This document shows positions 9,883 to 20,920 of a DNA stretch of 64,000 bases, one piece after another. A program made the position numbers and the translations under genes. Below the pieces are notes generated by a model. The model was not told the DNA's origin, did not search any database, and saw only the letters and a program-made list of their open reading frames with translations. The number at the start of each line of letters is the position of its first letter. The stretch's first letter is position 1. This DNA comes from an uncultured Acidobacteriaceae bacterium (GTDB lineage: Bacteria; Acidobacteriota; Terriglobia; Terriglobales; Acidobacteriaceae), in contig CAVTED010000003.1 in NCBI GenBank assembly GCA_963733795.1, positions 155,149 through 219,148 on the forward strand. The letters run 5' to 3'.

Positions 9883-11486
9883 ATGCCTGATACTGCGGCC
9901 CCTAGCGCCCCAGCGGCTCCCGCTCCTGCAGCTACTCCCAGCGCACCTGCGCCGGCTCCAACGCCTGCCCCGGCTGTGCCTGCTTCCCCCAGTCCTGCGC
10001 CCACAGTCGAGAATTCTTCCTCGATCGCCGAAGCCTGGCAACGCGCCCAAGCCGAAGTTCCGGTCGGAGTCGAAGACGCGGAACTCGAAGCTCCCGCACC
10101 CGAAGCGGCAGCGCCCCAAGCTCAGGATGACGATCAACCCGACGCTGCGCCTGCGCCCGCCGACGAAGTTGAGGTCCAGGCCGGCGACCAGCCCGAGGTG
10201 CAACTCGACCCCGACCTGGCATTGCCGGAAATCGCTCTCGAAGACGGCGACTTTGGCCCCAAGGAACTGGGAGACTTCCTCAAGAAAGACGCCGCGGTCG
10301 ACAAGTTCTTCAACGACCATCCTGAAGTGAAGAACCGCATCTTCGGCATGGCCCGGCGGGATTCGGAAACTCGCGCCATCCGCGAGATCGCGCCCACGGT
10401 GGAAATCGCGCAGGAGATGCAGCGCGGCCATAAACTCTTCCACGACATCGACAACCGCTTCCTGACTGCCACCACGCCCGAAGGCTTCAAGAGCTTCATG
10501 GATATGTGGGTGGAACAGGCTCTGATCACCGACGACAAAGGTCAGCCATCAGAGGCGAGGACGGAAAATACAAAATCCATCCCGCGCTCACCAGCGTCAT
10601 CGAGAACATTCACTCCAACCGCAACACCTATCTTCTCGGAGAGATGGCGAAAGACGGCAAGATTCCCCCGCCCATCGCCGACTCCACCCTGAAGGTCATC
10701 GATTTCTTAAGCAAGTCCGCGGATGAACGGGTTCAGGAAGCCGCGCAGATCATCAAGGAGGCACTCTCGCCGTCCTCCTCGGCGCAAGGGGAACTGCCCG
10801 ACGAACTGAAGCCGTACTCGGAATCCCTCAAGGCGAAGAAGAGGGAGCTCAACGAACGAGCCGAAGCGCAGACTCGCCAACAGCGCGAATCCGAGCAAAC
10901 CGCCCGCGTCGAAGCGCTACGCCGCGCCGATTCGAAAGCAGCCGAATCGTGCCTGGCGCAAGTGAATGCCGTACTGAAAAAGGCAGGACTGACGGACTAC
11001 GAGCAGAAGGCCGCCCGCGGCAAAATCGGCGACCTCATCGACCAGAAACTGAAAGCGAATCCCACCTACCAATCGGCCCGAGATCGCCTGGAAGAGGAAA
11101 CGCTGGACGCCGCCCGCGAAAAGGCCATCTCCAAACTGGTGCTGCGTACACCCAGGAGATTTTAGGCCCCATCGTGCGCGACACCATCCGCGAAGCCACT
11201 CAAGGCAAAGTTGCCCGTCAAGCCGACACTGACCGGAGAGTCGCCGACCAGCAAGCCGCGAGCCGCACCGATGCCCGCGGCGGCAGCGTTACCTCCAGTC
11301 CCGGTGGGCCCATGACCACGGCGCAGATCGAAGCCGCCATCGTCAAGGAATACCAGGATGCGCATAACGGAGAGACCTCCCGCTCCCTCATCACGACTGA
11401 GATGTGGAAGCGGATGAATGCCAGTCCGGGCCGACGCGACTGCCCGAAAGACCCGAAACACTTTTCACAAGGAGACTTTTTCACCC
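9883..11486 (+). pseudogene. scaffolding-like protein (Pro/Ala-rich N-terminus, coiled-coil body), about 2 frame breaks; 3' end approximate
   Basis: An RBS (agagagga) lies before the ATG at 9883. The sequence runs through ORFs 9883..10692, 10506..11165 and 10949... It is rich in charged, helical segments and sits directly upstream of the capsid candidate. No stop occurs in any forward frame between 11404 and 11653. Confidence 0.45.
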
Positions 11487-12778
11487 ATGCCCGCACTTAC
11501 CGCACAACAGGCGCTTCCCCTGCAACTGGAAGCTTTTTCCCCTCAACATTGCCCGCGCTATCGAGGCCGACGCGGAACTCTCGCGCTACCTTGGCAACGG
11601 CAACGGCGGAGCCACCAAGGTTTCGCTGCGTTCTTTCCGTGCCCGGCTTTTGACCGCGCACGCTGGCGCAGTCGCCCAGTTCGATCTGGACAACGGATCG
11701 ATGCCCATGGGCGATGGCGACAAGTGGGATCAGTTCCTGTTTTCGCCCGTCGCCTGGACCAAACCGATTCAGTACAGCCAACTGGCGCAACTGGTCGGGG
11801 AGGGTGAGAACGTCGCCACCAACAACTCCGTCACCGAAACCATCCAGGGCGTCATCGAGCAGGTACAGATGTACCGCGACATGTTCCTGCAGGGCCCCGG
11901 CGACGGATCGCTGGCCTCGATCGATTCGACCACCGGCGGCAACTTCATCAACCTGCGCTCGACCATCACCGGCACCATCGATGGCCGCGGCGCGCACCTG
12001 GTGAAAGCGCAGCAGAAGGTGCAGATCATGTCGAACGCCGCCGGCGGCTACGTCCTCCGCGGCTCCTGCACCATCCAGAACGTGTTCGCTTCGCTGGGCT
12101 CGACTCAGCAGATTCAGGTGGACGCGATTCCGGCAGGCGTGGTGGCGGGCGATCTGGTAATCGTCGACGGCGCCGCTCCCGGCGCTCCGCAGTTCATCAA
12201 CGGCATTCCCTTCTTCGTCAACACCGCAACGCTCGGCAACGTGTACGGAATTTCCCGCGCACTGCCGTATGTGGTGGCCAGCGGCTTGAACCTCGCCAAT
12301 ACGGCGCAGGTCACGAAGCCGGTGTTCATCGTCGCGGAAAACCAGATCAAGCAGCGGTTGGGCAAAAAAGGGACTGAAAAACCAGTTCTACCAGACCTAC
12401 CCCTCGCAGCTTCAGGCGCTGGCCGAGCTGGCCTTCACCGACACCATCGTGCCGCTGCAGGGTGGCAAGGCGGGAAGCTACGACTTCATGTTCCGCGAGT
12501 TCACCATCAATGGCCGCATGGTCATGGAGAACGTGCACGCGGATCAGACCCGCTGGGATCTGCTTCTGAAAGAAGCGTGGAACACGATCAAGTGGGGCCC
12601 GGGCATGTTCTGGTTCAAAAACCGTGGCGGCCAAACCGTGTTTCAGGTGATGGACCCGACCACCGGCGGAATCACCGTGCAGGAGTTGATGTTCTACTGT
12701 GTTGCAGAGCAATGGTTTGTAAATAACCCCATGGCGCAGGGCGGAGTGCAACAAGCCAAAGTGCCGCAGGGTAACTGA
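11487..12778 (+). pseudogene. putative major capsid protein (about 430 aa, 2 frame breaks)
   Basis: A strong RBS (AAGGAG) lies 8 nt before the ATG at 11487. The sequence continues 11418-frame to 11404-frame to 12449..12778. The breaks fall at the T5C4 run 11534-11542 and the A6G3 run 12364-12372. The capsid call rests on position after the scaffold-like gene. Confidence 0.55.
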
Positions 12779-12855
12779 AGCCCTGATTTGAATTGAACTG
12801 AGCGCGTCTTCTGTTACGCTGTCGGAGAGCAGACAACAGGAGGCGCGAAAGTTTT

Positions 12856-13221
12856 ATGGATGAAGCCAAACACAAAACGTTTGCCGGTCTGCTGGTGGCC
12901 CTCAAGCGCCTCGCGTTGAAGCTGAATGCGCTCGATGTGCGCGCGCAGAACTTTATCGTCACTCTGCTCATGCGGCACTGTCAGGCTCGGATCGGCATGG
13001 GGCAACTCGAAGCGTTCGGCGGTAAACCGCCCGACAATCCTGAGAAATGCCTCGCGGAATTCCGCAAGATGGCGACCGAGTTGGAGCGCTTCTCCCTGAC
13101 CGACGAAACCTTTCTGGTGAACGTGCTGCAGCAAGCCTTCCAGCGGCGCATGGCGATCGATGTCGGCGAACTGCAAGGGGCGTTAGCCCAAATGCAGAAA
13201 CCGCAGGAGGTGGTGAATTGA
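12856..13221 (+). CDS. hypothetical phage protein
   Basis: 121-aa intact ORF. Confidence 0.5.
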   Translation: MDEAKHKTFAGLLVALKRLALKLNALDVRAQNFIVTLLMRHCQARIGMGQLEAFGGKPPDNPEKCLAEFRKMATELERFSLTDETFLVNVLQQAFQRRMAIDVGELQGALAQMQKPQEVVN

Positions 13222-13630
13222 CCGAAGCCCTCGCCAGAGTTCCCGCGCGGCTTCCAGCGCGCCGGCGCAAACTGAAACCGGAAGATGTCTCCGACGTCGA
13301 ACTCTCGACCATCGACCGCGCCACCGTGCTCGCCTATCCCCACGCCGCCAAAGTGGCGGATGGCTTGCGGACAACAAAGGGCGGCCGCTCGGCAATCGCG
13401 TGCTGGTCCTTCCCTTGCCGAAGGACGACCGCTACGGACGTATCATTATTCCCGCCACCGCGCAGGACAATCAGTGCGTGGGAATCGTCGTCGCTACCGG
13501 GAAAGACGCGCAGGATGTTCGCGTGGGCAACTACGTCGTGTTCCGCAAGTACTCGAACAGTTCCGTGAAACTCGGCGAGGTTGAGGTCTATCAGGTGTCG
13601 TCTTCCGACATCACCTTCGCTCTCGGCTAA
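13218..13630 (+). pseudogene. GroES/Hsp10-like co-chaperonin domain protein (one frame break near 13385)
   Basis: RPLGNRVLVLPLPKDDRYGRIIIPATAQDNQCVGIVVATGKDAQDVRVGNYVVFRKYS..EVEVYQVSSSDI parallels the GroES pattern (PLxDRVLV, GGIIIP, G.VvAvG, vGD.V.f.ky). The N-terminal 55 aa lie in the frame of 13047..13568. Confidence 0.55.
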
Positions 13631-13647
13631 ACCTCTTTTTCTCCATC

Positions 13648-14392
13648 GTGGAACTCATTCTTCGCGGCGACCTGAAGCGGGAAAACCCCGCGCCCAAGGA
13701 GCTGCAGCAATACCGCCTCGACGCCGGTGGAGAGAATCCTTACGGCGAACCGCTCATCCGACTCTGCCTGGCCGAAGACCGCATCATGCAGGCGGCGGCG
13801 AAGCGGAACGAGTGGGACGAGAATGCGCCCGTCGAAGAGCGCGGCGGATTGGGACTGGGCGTTGTTGCAGCAGATGCTGGCCCAACGGCAGGAAATCGTC
13901 CACGCCGCCAAACTCAAGGGATTCACCGACGACGAGATCGCGAAGCTCACCAAAGACATCTCGGGCATGATCGACGAGATCATTCAGGAATGCCTGGCGC
14001 GGCAACCGAAGAGTGTGTTTGTCGGCATGGCGGAGGTTGAAGTCTATCCCAGCGAAGGATGGATTTTAGAGAAGTGGAAGCCGGCGGAGGCCCGGGGGCC
14101 GGAAGAAGACTGGAACCTTTTCCGCTTTCAGGGCGTGGCCGCGCTCGGCGCTTACCCGCACTTCGGCGCCTACGAACTGTTTGCCGGTCCGTCTCCCTAC
14201 TTGCCGACTGAAGAGGAGATCGCCAACGCCATCCGCATTCACTTCAAGGAACTGGAATCCCGCCCCGCCTCCCCGCAACAGCTCGTGCTGCAGATGATGA
14301 ACGCGCGCGAAGAACGCAACCGCAGAAAAAGCGGCCCGGCTAGCGGATATTCAGGCTGCTGCCTCCGACAGTCCTGCCGGCCTCTTGCATAA
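13648..14392 (+). pseudogene. hypothetical phage head-module protein (frame break near 13850)
   Basis: ORF 13648..14040 continues in 13727..14392. Confidence 0.4.
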
Positions 14393-14490
14393 CCGCCTCT
14401 CGCTCGGGCCGGACGCGTGATCAACGAACTCGCCAAAAAATCTGGAATCAAGGGCCACGTAGGCTAACCACACTCGAAAGGAACGAACGC

Positions 14491-14872
14491 ATGAGAAAGC
14501 ATTCGCTGAGAATCGCCATGTCGATCACCGTATTGTTTCTGCTGTTCGCGCAGTTCATCACCACGGTTTCCGCCAACACGCCGGGCAAACACACCGTGTC
14601 GCTCACCTGGACCGCTTCCTCGACGTCCGGGTGACCTACAACATCTACCGGGGAGCCAGTGCGGGAGTTTGCAACGGGACGCCCACTCCGTATGCGACGG
14701 GAATTACAAGTACCGCCTACACCGACATGAATCCGCTCTCGGGCACGAATTTCTATAACGTCTCCGCCGTATCGAGACGAGCGGGGAGTCCGCCTGCGAT
14801 GGCGAGACTTCGGTCAACGTCCCAAACGTAAGCACCGCTCCTCCATCTGGTCTCGCTGGGGCGGTCAACTGA
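14491..14872 (+). pseudogene. secreted fibronectin-type-III-like protein (2 frame breaks)
   Basis: Signal peptide MRKHSLRIAMSITVLFLLFAQFITTVSA. An FN3-like pattern follows: HTVSLTWTASSTSG/VTYNIYRG...TAYTD..GTNFYNVSAVS/ETSGESAC. The breaks lie at the G-run at 14629-14631 and near 14775. Confidence 0.5.
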
Positions 14873-14891
14873 TTCGCTGGCTGAAAGCCGT

Positions 14892-14932
14892 CTTTTAATT
14901 ACTTTTTAATTACTTTTTAATTCCCTTTTAAT
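14892..14932 (+). repeat. AT-rich 11-bp tandem repeat (TTTTTAATTAC x3 plus a partial copy)
   Basis: Read directly: tcttttaattac tttttaattac tttttaattcc cttttaat. Confidence 0.9.
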
Positions 14933-14964
14933 CCCCCCCCCCCCCCCCCCCCCACACACACACA
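14933..14964 (+). repeat. poly-C tract (21 C) followed by (AC)5
   Basis: Read directly in the 139-nt spacer between the FN3-like gene and the ATG at 15012. Confidence 0.9.
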
Positions 14965-15011
14965 ACCTACAACCTTCAACCCGGCCCCTAGCGCCGCAGG
15001 AGAGCACTGTC

Positions 15012-16120
15012 ATGTCTGATTCCTTACCCATGCCCGGAGGCCCAGAGCCTTCAAGCGAAGTTGTTGTTCCCTATCAGGGCGGCGTAGTCCGCGTTCCGCC
15101 TGACGCCCAAGTCGCCTCGAAAGCCGCCGCAGAATTCACCAACGCATTTCATGGATTCCAAGGCCCAGGCAGAAAAAATAACCGGCTGGACGCGCAGACC
15201 CAGTCGAATCTCGACGAACTGATCCTGCAGATGCGGCGCGACCGTCCCAAACCGGCGACCGTCGTCAACCTGCATCCCTTCGAGTTGCAATTCAACGCCG
15301 ACAACTACCTGCTGCGCGGACACACCATTCCGGCGTGCATGCCGGGGATGCCGTTCAACTACAAAGCGATTCGCGGCTGGCGGCACGATGGCGGCTCCTA
15401 CAACGAGGACGGCTCGCGAAAATTCAAACCCATCACCCCAGTCATGGTGGCGGGGGAATTCATGCGCGAGTTTAACAAGGTGGAGACCTTCGGCCCTGGC
15501 GTGCTGATCTACTTGGGCGACTCCCATCCCGACAAAACCGGAACCATTGAAACCTACGACCAGATGGGCGGCTGATCACCGAAGACAAACAGGGCTTTGA
15601 CTTCGACGAAGAAGACCGCAAGATTCCCATCCTGGTCAAGGAGCCCGTGCTCGCCAGTTTCCCGGAGATGCTGAAAAGTCTGCGGGCGGCGCGCAACAAC
15701 TTCTATCTGCAGCAGGTGCGCAAGGCGGAACGCTGGGTGAAGAAAGGCGAGAAATTCGCGCCCTTCAGCCAGGACTACCACATCGCCATGGCGCAGGTGC
15801 TGGTCTCCGAAGGAGTCATCCCGGGCGTGCCCGAAGAACTCACTGGCCTCGCCACCCGCGAACAGCGCGCGATCGCCGAGCACAACTGCCCCTCCTGCCA
15901 GCATCCGGTCAACAAAAGCGCCTACCGCTGCGAGCACTGCTCGAACATCCTCGATGCCCTGGCTGCGTTCAAGGACGGCGCCATCGAATTCGCGCACGCC
16001 AAAATCGCCCTGCTGCCCGACGAGAAATACGCCGAAGCGGAGAAGATCCACAAGCAGCGCGAGAAGCGGTCTGCGAAACGGCAGAAGCCGGGAGTAAAGA
16101 GTAAGCCGTGCTGCAGGTAA
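15012..16120 (+). pseudogene. virion structural protein candidate (about 369 aa, frame break near 15570)
   Basis: ORF 15012..15575 continues in the frame of 15647..16120. The C-terminal part has a CPSC...CEHC ribbon. Confidence 0.45.
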
Positions 16121-16838
16121 GAGACGTCATCGCCCGGGTCGCCTCCAAGTGTGACGACCCGGACCAGACCTATATCACCACGGACTACGTCGCCGGATTC
16201 CTTGACGACACGCAGGACTGGTTGTTCGGCAAGCTGCGTCTGGCCAACAACCAGTTCTCCGAAGAGGTTGTCATCCTGCCCAACGTCACCGCCGGTACGC
16301 CGACGCTCGATGCCTTTCAGGTCACTGGACAGCCGTTGGCAGCGATGTGCGAGCCGAAAACCCTGCGCTGGATACTTCCCGGGCAGTCGAACATTTACTG
16401 GCGGAAAGCCGACGGCCCTCTGGACTATCCGCGCGACCTCAATCCGGCGGACCGGCGCTTGATTCCTGGGCATGGGTCCGCAACTCGGTGCAGCTCGCGA
16501 ACTTCTCGACCAACCTCGACCTCGAAGTCACCGGCGACTTCCTCTTCGATCATCTCGCCGACCCCGACGACGCCCTGCAGATGACTCGGCTCGCCAACCG
16601 CACCCTCACCTGCAAATTAGCGTCGGAGGTGGGGAAGGCCCGGGGGAACGACAAGTGGGTGACCACCTACGGGGCGGATGCGACCGAAGCTCTGGACGAT
16701 CTGATCATCGCCCTGAGTAAGGAAAAATCAGCGCAAGACGCATCGCCTGGCCCGCATGAACCGCAGAGGTGGTTCGTCGGTGGGCGACAACGTAGTCAGC
16801 CGCTAACCGAGGAATATCACGGAATCATGATTTCGTAA
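16108..16838 (+). pseudogene. virion structural protein candidate (frame break near 16460)
   Basis: The GTG at 16108 overlaps the previous stop. ORF 16108..16584 continues in 16347..16838. Confidence 0.4.
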
Positions 16839-16867
16839 TTTCGTAATTTCGTAATTTCGCTTTTCGG
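16831..16867 (+). repeat. tandem octamer TTTCGTAA x3 plus degenerate copies
   Basis: Read directly. The repeat overlaps the stop at 16836-16838 and ends at the RBS (ggaga) of the ATG at 16882. Confidence 0.9.
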
Positions 16868-16881
16868 AGAAACAACACACT

Positions 16882-17268
16882 ATGGCAAACGTACTCACCA
16901 TCAACGATTTGAACGCCGTGCGCGTCGAGCAACGGGAAAAGACCATCACTTACTCGGTGGCCTTGAGCGGCAACTACGCGCAGGCCGTCCGTGGGCAGAA
17001 CGTGGGCGAGGTCCTCGACCTGACCAAAGTCCAGTCCACCCAATACCTGCCCGAGCAGTTCTGGAAGTGTCGGGCCGCGCGTTGTCTACCCACTCAACAC
17101 CGGTTCGACCGGCTACTCGATGTCGGTCATTCCCGGTGCCGACAACCTGCACTGGCTGCTGATGATCTACTCGGGCGTGGCCGCGCAACTGGCCGCTGGA
17201 GCCATGCCGCCAACGCCGTGGGACTGCCAACCACGCCGATATTAAGGTGGAAGCGAGGGGTCGCGTGA
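16882..17268 (+). pseudogene. small virion protein candidate (frame breaks near 17065 and 17200)
   Basis: MANVLTINDLNAVRVEQREKTITYSVALSG.. continues as ..GPRVVYPLNTGSTGYSMSVIPGADNLHWLLMIYSG.. in another frame. Confidence 0.4.
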
Positions 17269-17272
17269 TGGA

Positions 17273-18115
17273 TTAAGCCGCAATGAGCGCGAAGGGTTTG
17301 CGTCTAGACCCTTTGCTTGAGTTGCACCGCTTACAGGCGGGCACGAGATTGGAAGCCCAATTCGGCCCGCCTTTACTTACCGGGATCACGTGATCCTTGG
17401 TGAGAGTCGCGGTTCAATTCCTTCTCACACCAGCGACATCGCCATCCGTAGTATGCGACTCGTGCAAGCCACTGCCCTGTCGTGTGCGATCCAGCTACGC
17501 CACGCCTCTTGAGTTTATCGTTGCGACTGTTGGTGCGCGATTCGTGCAGAGAGGCGTGATATCGAGCCTTGCGGCGCGCAGCAATCTCTGTGCGTTGCGA
17601 CTGATAGAAGCGACGAAAACGCGCTCGCGATCTCTCCGGATTTGCTTTGGCCCAGCGCTCTTGTGTCCTACGGTTAGTCTCTCGATTATTTTCCCGAGAT
17701 CGCCGTTGGTAGGCGCGAATTTTTTCAGGGTGATGTTTATTCCATCGCCGCTGTGCTGCGTACGCTTTCTCTCGGTTCTGAGCGCGCCAGCGACGGAGAT
17801 AGTCCAGGCGTTTGCGGCGATGGCGAGTTAGTAGTCGCGGCCCTCTGCCCGCACCTTGTCAGGATTTGCTTTCTGCCACTGGCGCACGGCTGCTCGCACC
17901 TTGTCAGGATTTGCTTTCTGCCAGCGCTTGACCCTCTTCTTGAATTGCTCCTTCTTGTCGGGATCGGCCATCGCCGCACGATAGCCTTTACGGTTCGCCT
18001 CATTGATCGCATCTCGATGCGCCTTGCATCTCTTCGATCCTTCAAAGGCCGCCGACCCGCACGCAATGCAGAGTCGATCTTTGATGCGCTGCAACTGTAC
18101 TTTGCTGTAACTCAC
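17273..18115 (-). pseudogene. HNH homing-type endonuclease (2 frame breaks), antisense within the structural operon
   Basis: The N-terminal part is ORF 17828..18115 (CIACG..KRCKAH ribbon, repeated WQKANPDKVRA). The middle frame has repeated R.W...NPEK-type segments. The C-terminus reads [30 protein letters not shown], the HNH signature. Confidence 0.7.
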
Positions 18116-18153
18116 GACATTACATGTAACACATTTTTGCGGGTGCGTGAAGT

Positions 18154-20910
18154 ATGAATTTCGACGGGTTCACAGCGCACCCAATAGAAAGGTTCAGCTC
18201 GTTGGTCGAGCAAGATGATGCGACGGTACTTCCCGCCGGGGTCTCGCCCGAAGCGCAAGACATCACCTTCCACCTGACCAGCGTGCGCACGCGCGACGGG
18301 ATTCAGTCGCAGTACGGCTTCACCCTTCCCGACGGCGGACAGGTCACCGGGCTCGATTCCGCGAAGCTCGCCGGCAACCCCGACCTGCAGGTGCCCTTCG
18401 CCTTCTCGTCTTTGGGAAACCTCTACAAGGAATTCCCTGCGGGCAGCGGCAACGTGATCCCGATATCGAGCCCGCAACTCAGCTTGCCCGCCGGGGCCAG
18501 CATGCAGTCTGCGCTGGCCTACAAAAAAGCCTTCCTGGTGTTTGGCGATCTGTTGAATTCGCTGGGTGCGCCCGCAGTGTTGAACCTCTCGACCGGAGTA
18601 CTCGACCCGCTTTCCGGCAAACCGTTCGGCGCCTCCTGGCTGGCGAACACGCAATACAACTTGGGTGAAGTCGTGACCCCGGCGAATCCGGTCGGCGGCA
18701 ACGGACACACCTATGTCTGCACACAGGCGGGAAAGAGCGGAGCCTTACAACCCGCTTTTCCGGTGCTCGAAGGCGGAACAATTGGAGACGGCGGAGCAAT
18801 CTGGACGGAAACGACGCCGTTGATGGTGCAGGCGATCCCAGCCCCTGAGCTCCGCCCGGAGGCGCGAGCCACAATCCCGGCGGCGGCGCTTTCCCGCCGG
18901 ACGAGACGTGTATTTGGTTTACACCATCGTCAATCCGCAGGGCGAATCGACCACTTCGGTCCCCATCGTCTTCGTCAACACGTCCGCGAACGACGAGATT
19001 CTCGCCAACAGCGCGAACTTTTTTAATTCCGCGGCCAATAACGCCCTGTGGTGGGCTGGGCTGGTTGAATCTACGCGCCTACCGGCTTCAACATTTACGA
19101 AGCCGACGTGCCCACCGGAAACCCAGCTCCCGCGCTGGCTGCCTACAAGAAAGTGACGGGAAGCCCGTTTGCGTTCAACGCTGCCACCGTCGTGACTGCC
19201 GCCGCTGCTGGCGCGGCGCCGCCTGTGGCCAACAGCGGCCTGGTGGTTCCCCTCGGGAATATCTGCTCCGGCCTGCGCTACATGATCGTGATGTTCATCA
19301 ACCGCAACGGCTATGTCTCGGGCGTGACCCAGGCGGCAGTCGTCTCCTATAACGGCGGCAGCAGTGGCTTCCAGCTTTACGTCCCGCATTTGCCCATCGG
19401 GCCTCCGAACACTTACGCAAGATTGTGTGGGTTTACTCCCGCCGGGCAGTTGAGCCAAACCGCGGGCTTTGGCATTTCGAGCGCGGGACCGTACTTCTGG
19501 ATTTCGCCGAATTTCCCCAGCGGCGTCTTCGACCTCACCAAGATTCCCGGCGGAGTCTCGATCGCCGACGTGGTCAATGGCGTGCAAATGACCTCGACCA
19601 TCGTCAACGACAACACCTCCACCTCGGCCACGTTCAACTTCACCGACGATTATCTGAAATTGGAGCAGAACGATCTCTCCGGCAACTTCCGCAAAATCCA
19701 GGTGCCCAACTGCTCCGATGTCTATTTCTCTCCCACCCTGCGTCGAGTCTTCTATGCCGACGACAACTTCCCCAGCGGCTGGCGCGTCTCCCTGCAGGAC
19801 GATCCCGAGTCGGTGTATGACGATTCGAGCGGCATCATCCAGGTGGCTCAGGACAACGGGGAGCGAAGGACGGCCGTCCGCGAATTCAACGGCATCGTCT
19901 ACCTAATGAAAGAGCGCTCCGGACATGTCCTGAACGCCAGCGCGGTCGACCCAAAGGACTGGGCGGCGACCAAGCAATGGGGCGGGGACAAAGACGGATC
20001 TGGGCCCTGCGGCCCGCGCGCGGTCGATACCGCCACCAATTTCATGTGCTACGTGCACCGCTCCGGGGTGTACATCTTTGAAGGCGGGCAGCCCTACCGC
20101 ATCTCGAAAGAATTGCCCATCACCTGGTCCGCGATCAACTGGGCTTACCAGCACCGCATCTGGGTCAAGATTGACGACGAGACCAGGGAAATCCGCATCG
20201 GCATCCCTTACCGGCAGTCGACCGTCCCGAACAAAGTCCTGAAACTGAATTACGAGGAACTGCCAGCGTGGTCTCCGCCCAGTTTTGCCCCTCCGGTCCA
20301 CTTCTCGCCCTATGTGGGAAAGGAAATCGCGGCGGGCGGATGCTACAAGTGGTCGGTCGACAACATCGCGGCCAACGTATGCGTTCGCGCCGAACGCAGC
20401 TTGCCACCCGTAGCCATCCCTGCATGGTTCGATCAGAAAACCGTGCAGTCCCAGATTCTCTACGGTTCCGCAAATCCGGACGGAGCCGTGTGCGCCATTA
20501 TTCCCGGCTCACTCGACGACAACGGCCAAGGGATCGATTCGGTCTATGAAACCGCCTGCCCGCCGGAAGACCCGCGCACCGGCGGAAACCTGATGCGGCC
20601 CAACCGGCTGGGCGGCGTGCAGGCCAATATCGACGGCCAGGGGCAAGGCTCGATTTACGTGCTGGCCTTGCGCGCCAAAGACCCCAAGGACGGCGAGCCG
20701 CAAAAGGCGGGACAGGCCAAAGCCACGCGCGGAGCCGAGATCAAACTCAAAAAACCCTGGATTGCCGGCATTCCTTACTCCTGCGGTGGGCAGATGACCA
20801 ACGAACGCATGCGCCTCAGGATCACCAACGACAAGCGCGCGGGATGCGGATTCGATTTGAAGTACGCCGCCATTTATGCCGTGCCCGTGACCGGCGCGCG
20901 GCCGCGATGA
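18154..20910 (+). pseudogene. large virion protein (about 920 aa; tail-tube/nozzle-size), 2-3 frame breaks between 18850 and 19110
   Basis: ORFs 18154..19026, 18908..19156 and 19108..20910 read as one protein. The call rests on its size and its position just before the tail fibre. Confidence 0.5.
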
Positions 20911-20920
20911 GATTGTCGCA

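Noticed and set aside
17383-17435. A tRNA-like T-loop (GGTTCAATTCC at 17411-17421) next to a perfect 14-bp palindrome (GGATCACGTGATCC at 17383-17396) and a 7-bp-stem hairpin. This suggested a tRNA fragment, an att site or an ncRNA.
   Set aside because: The putative T stem pairs at only 2-3 positions, and no acceptor or anticodon arms can be drawn. The whole stretch is the coding sequence of the minus-strand HNH gene, and the palindrome encodes KDHVIP of the HNH motif.
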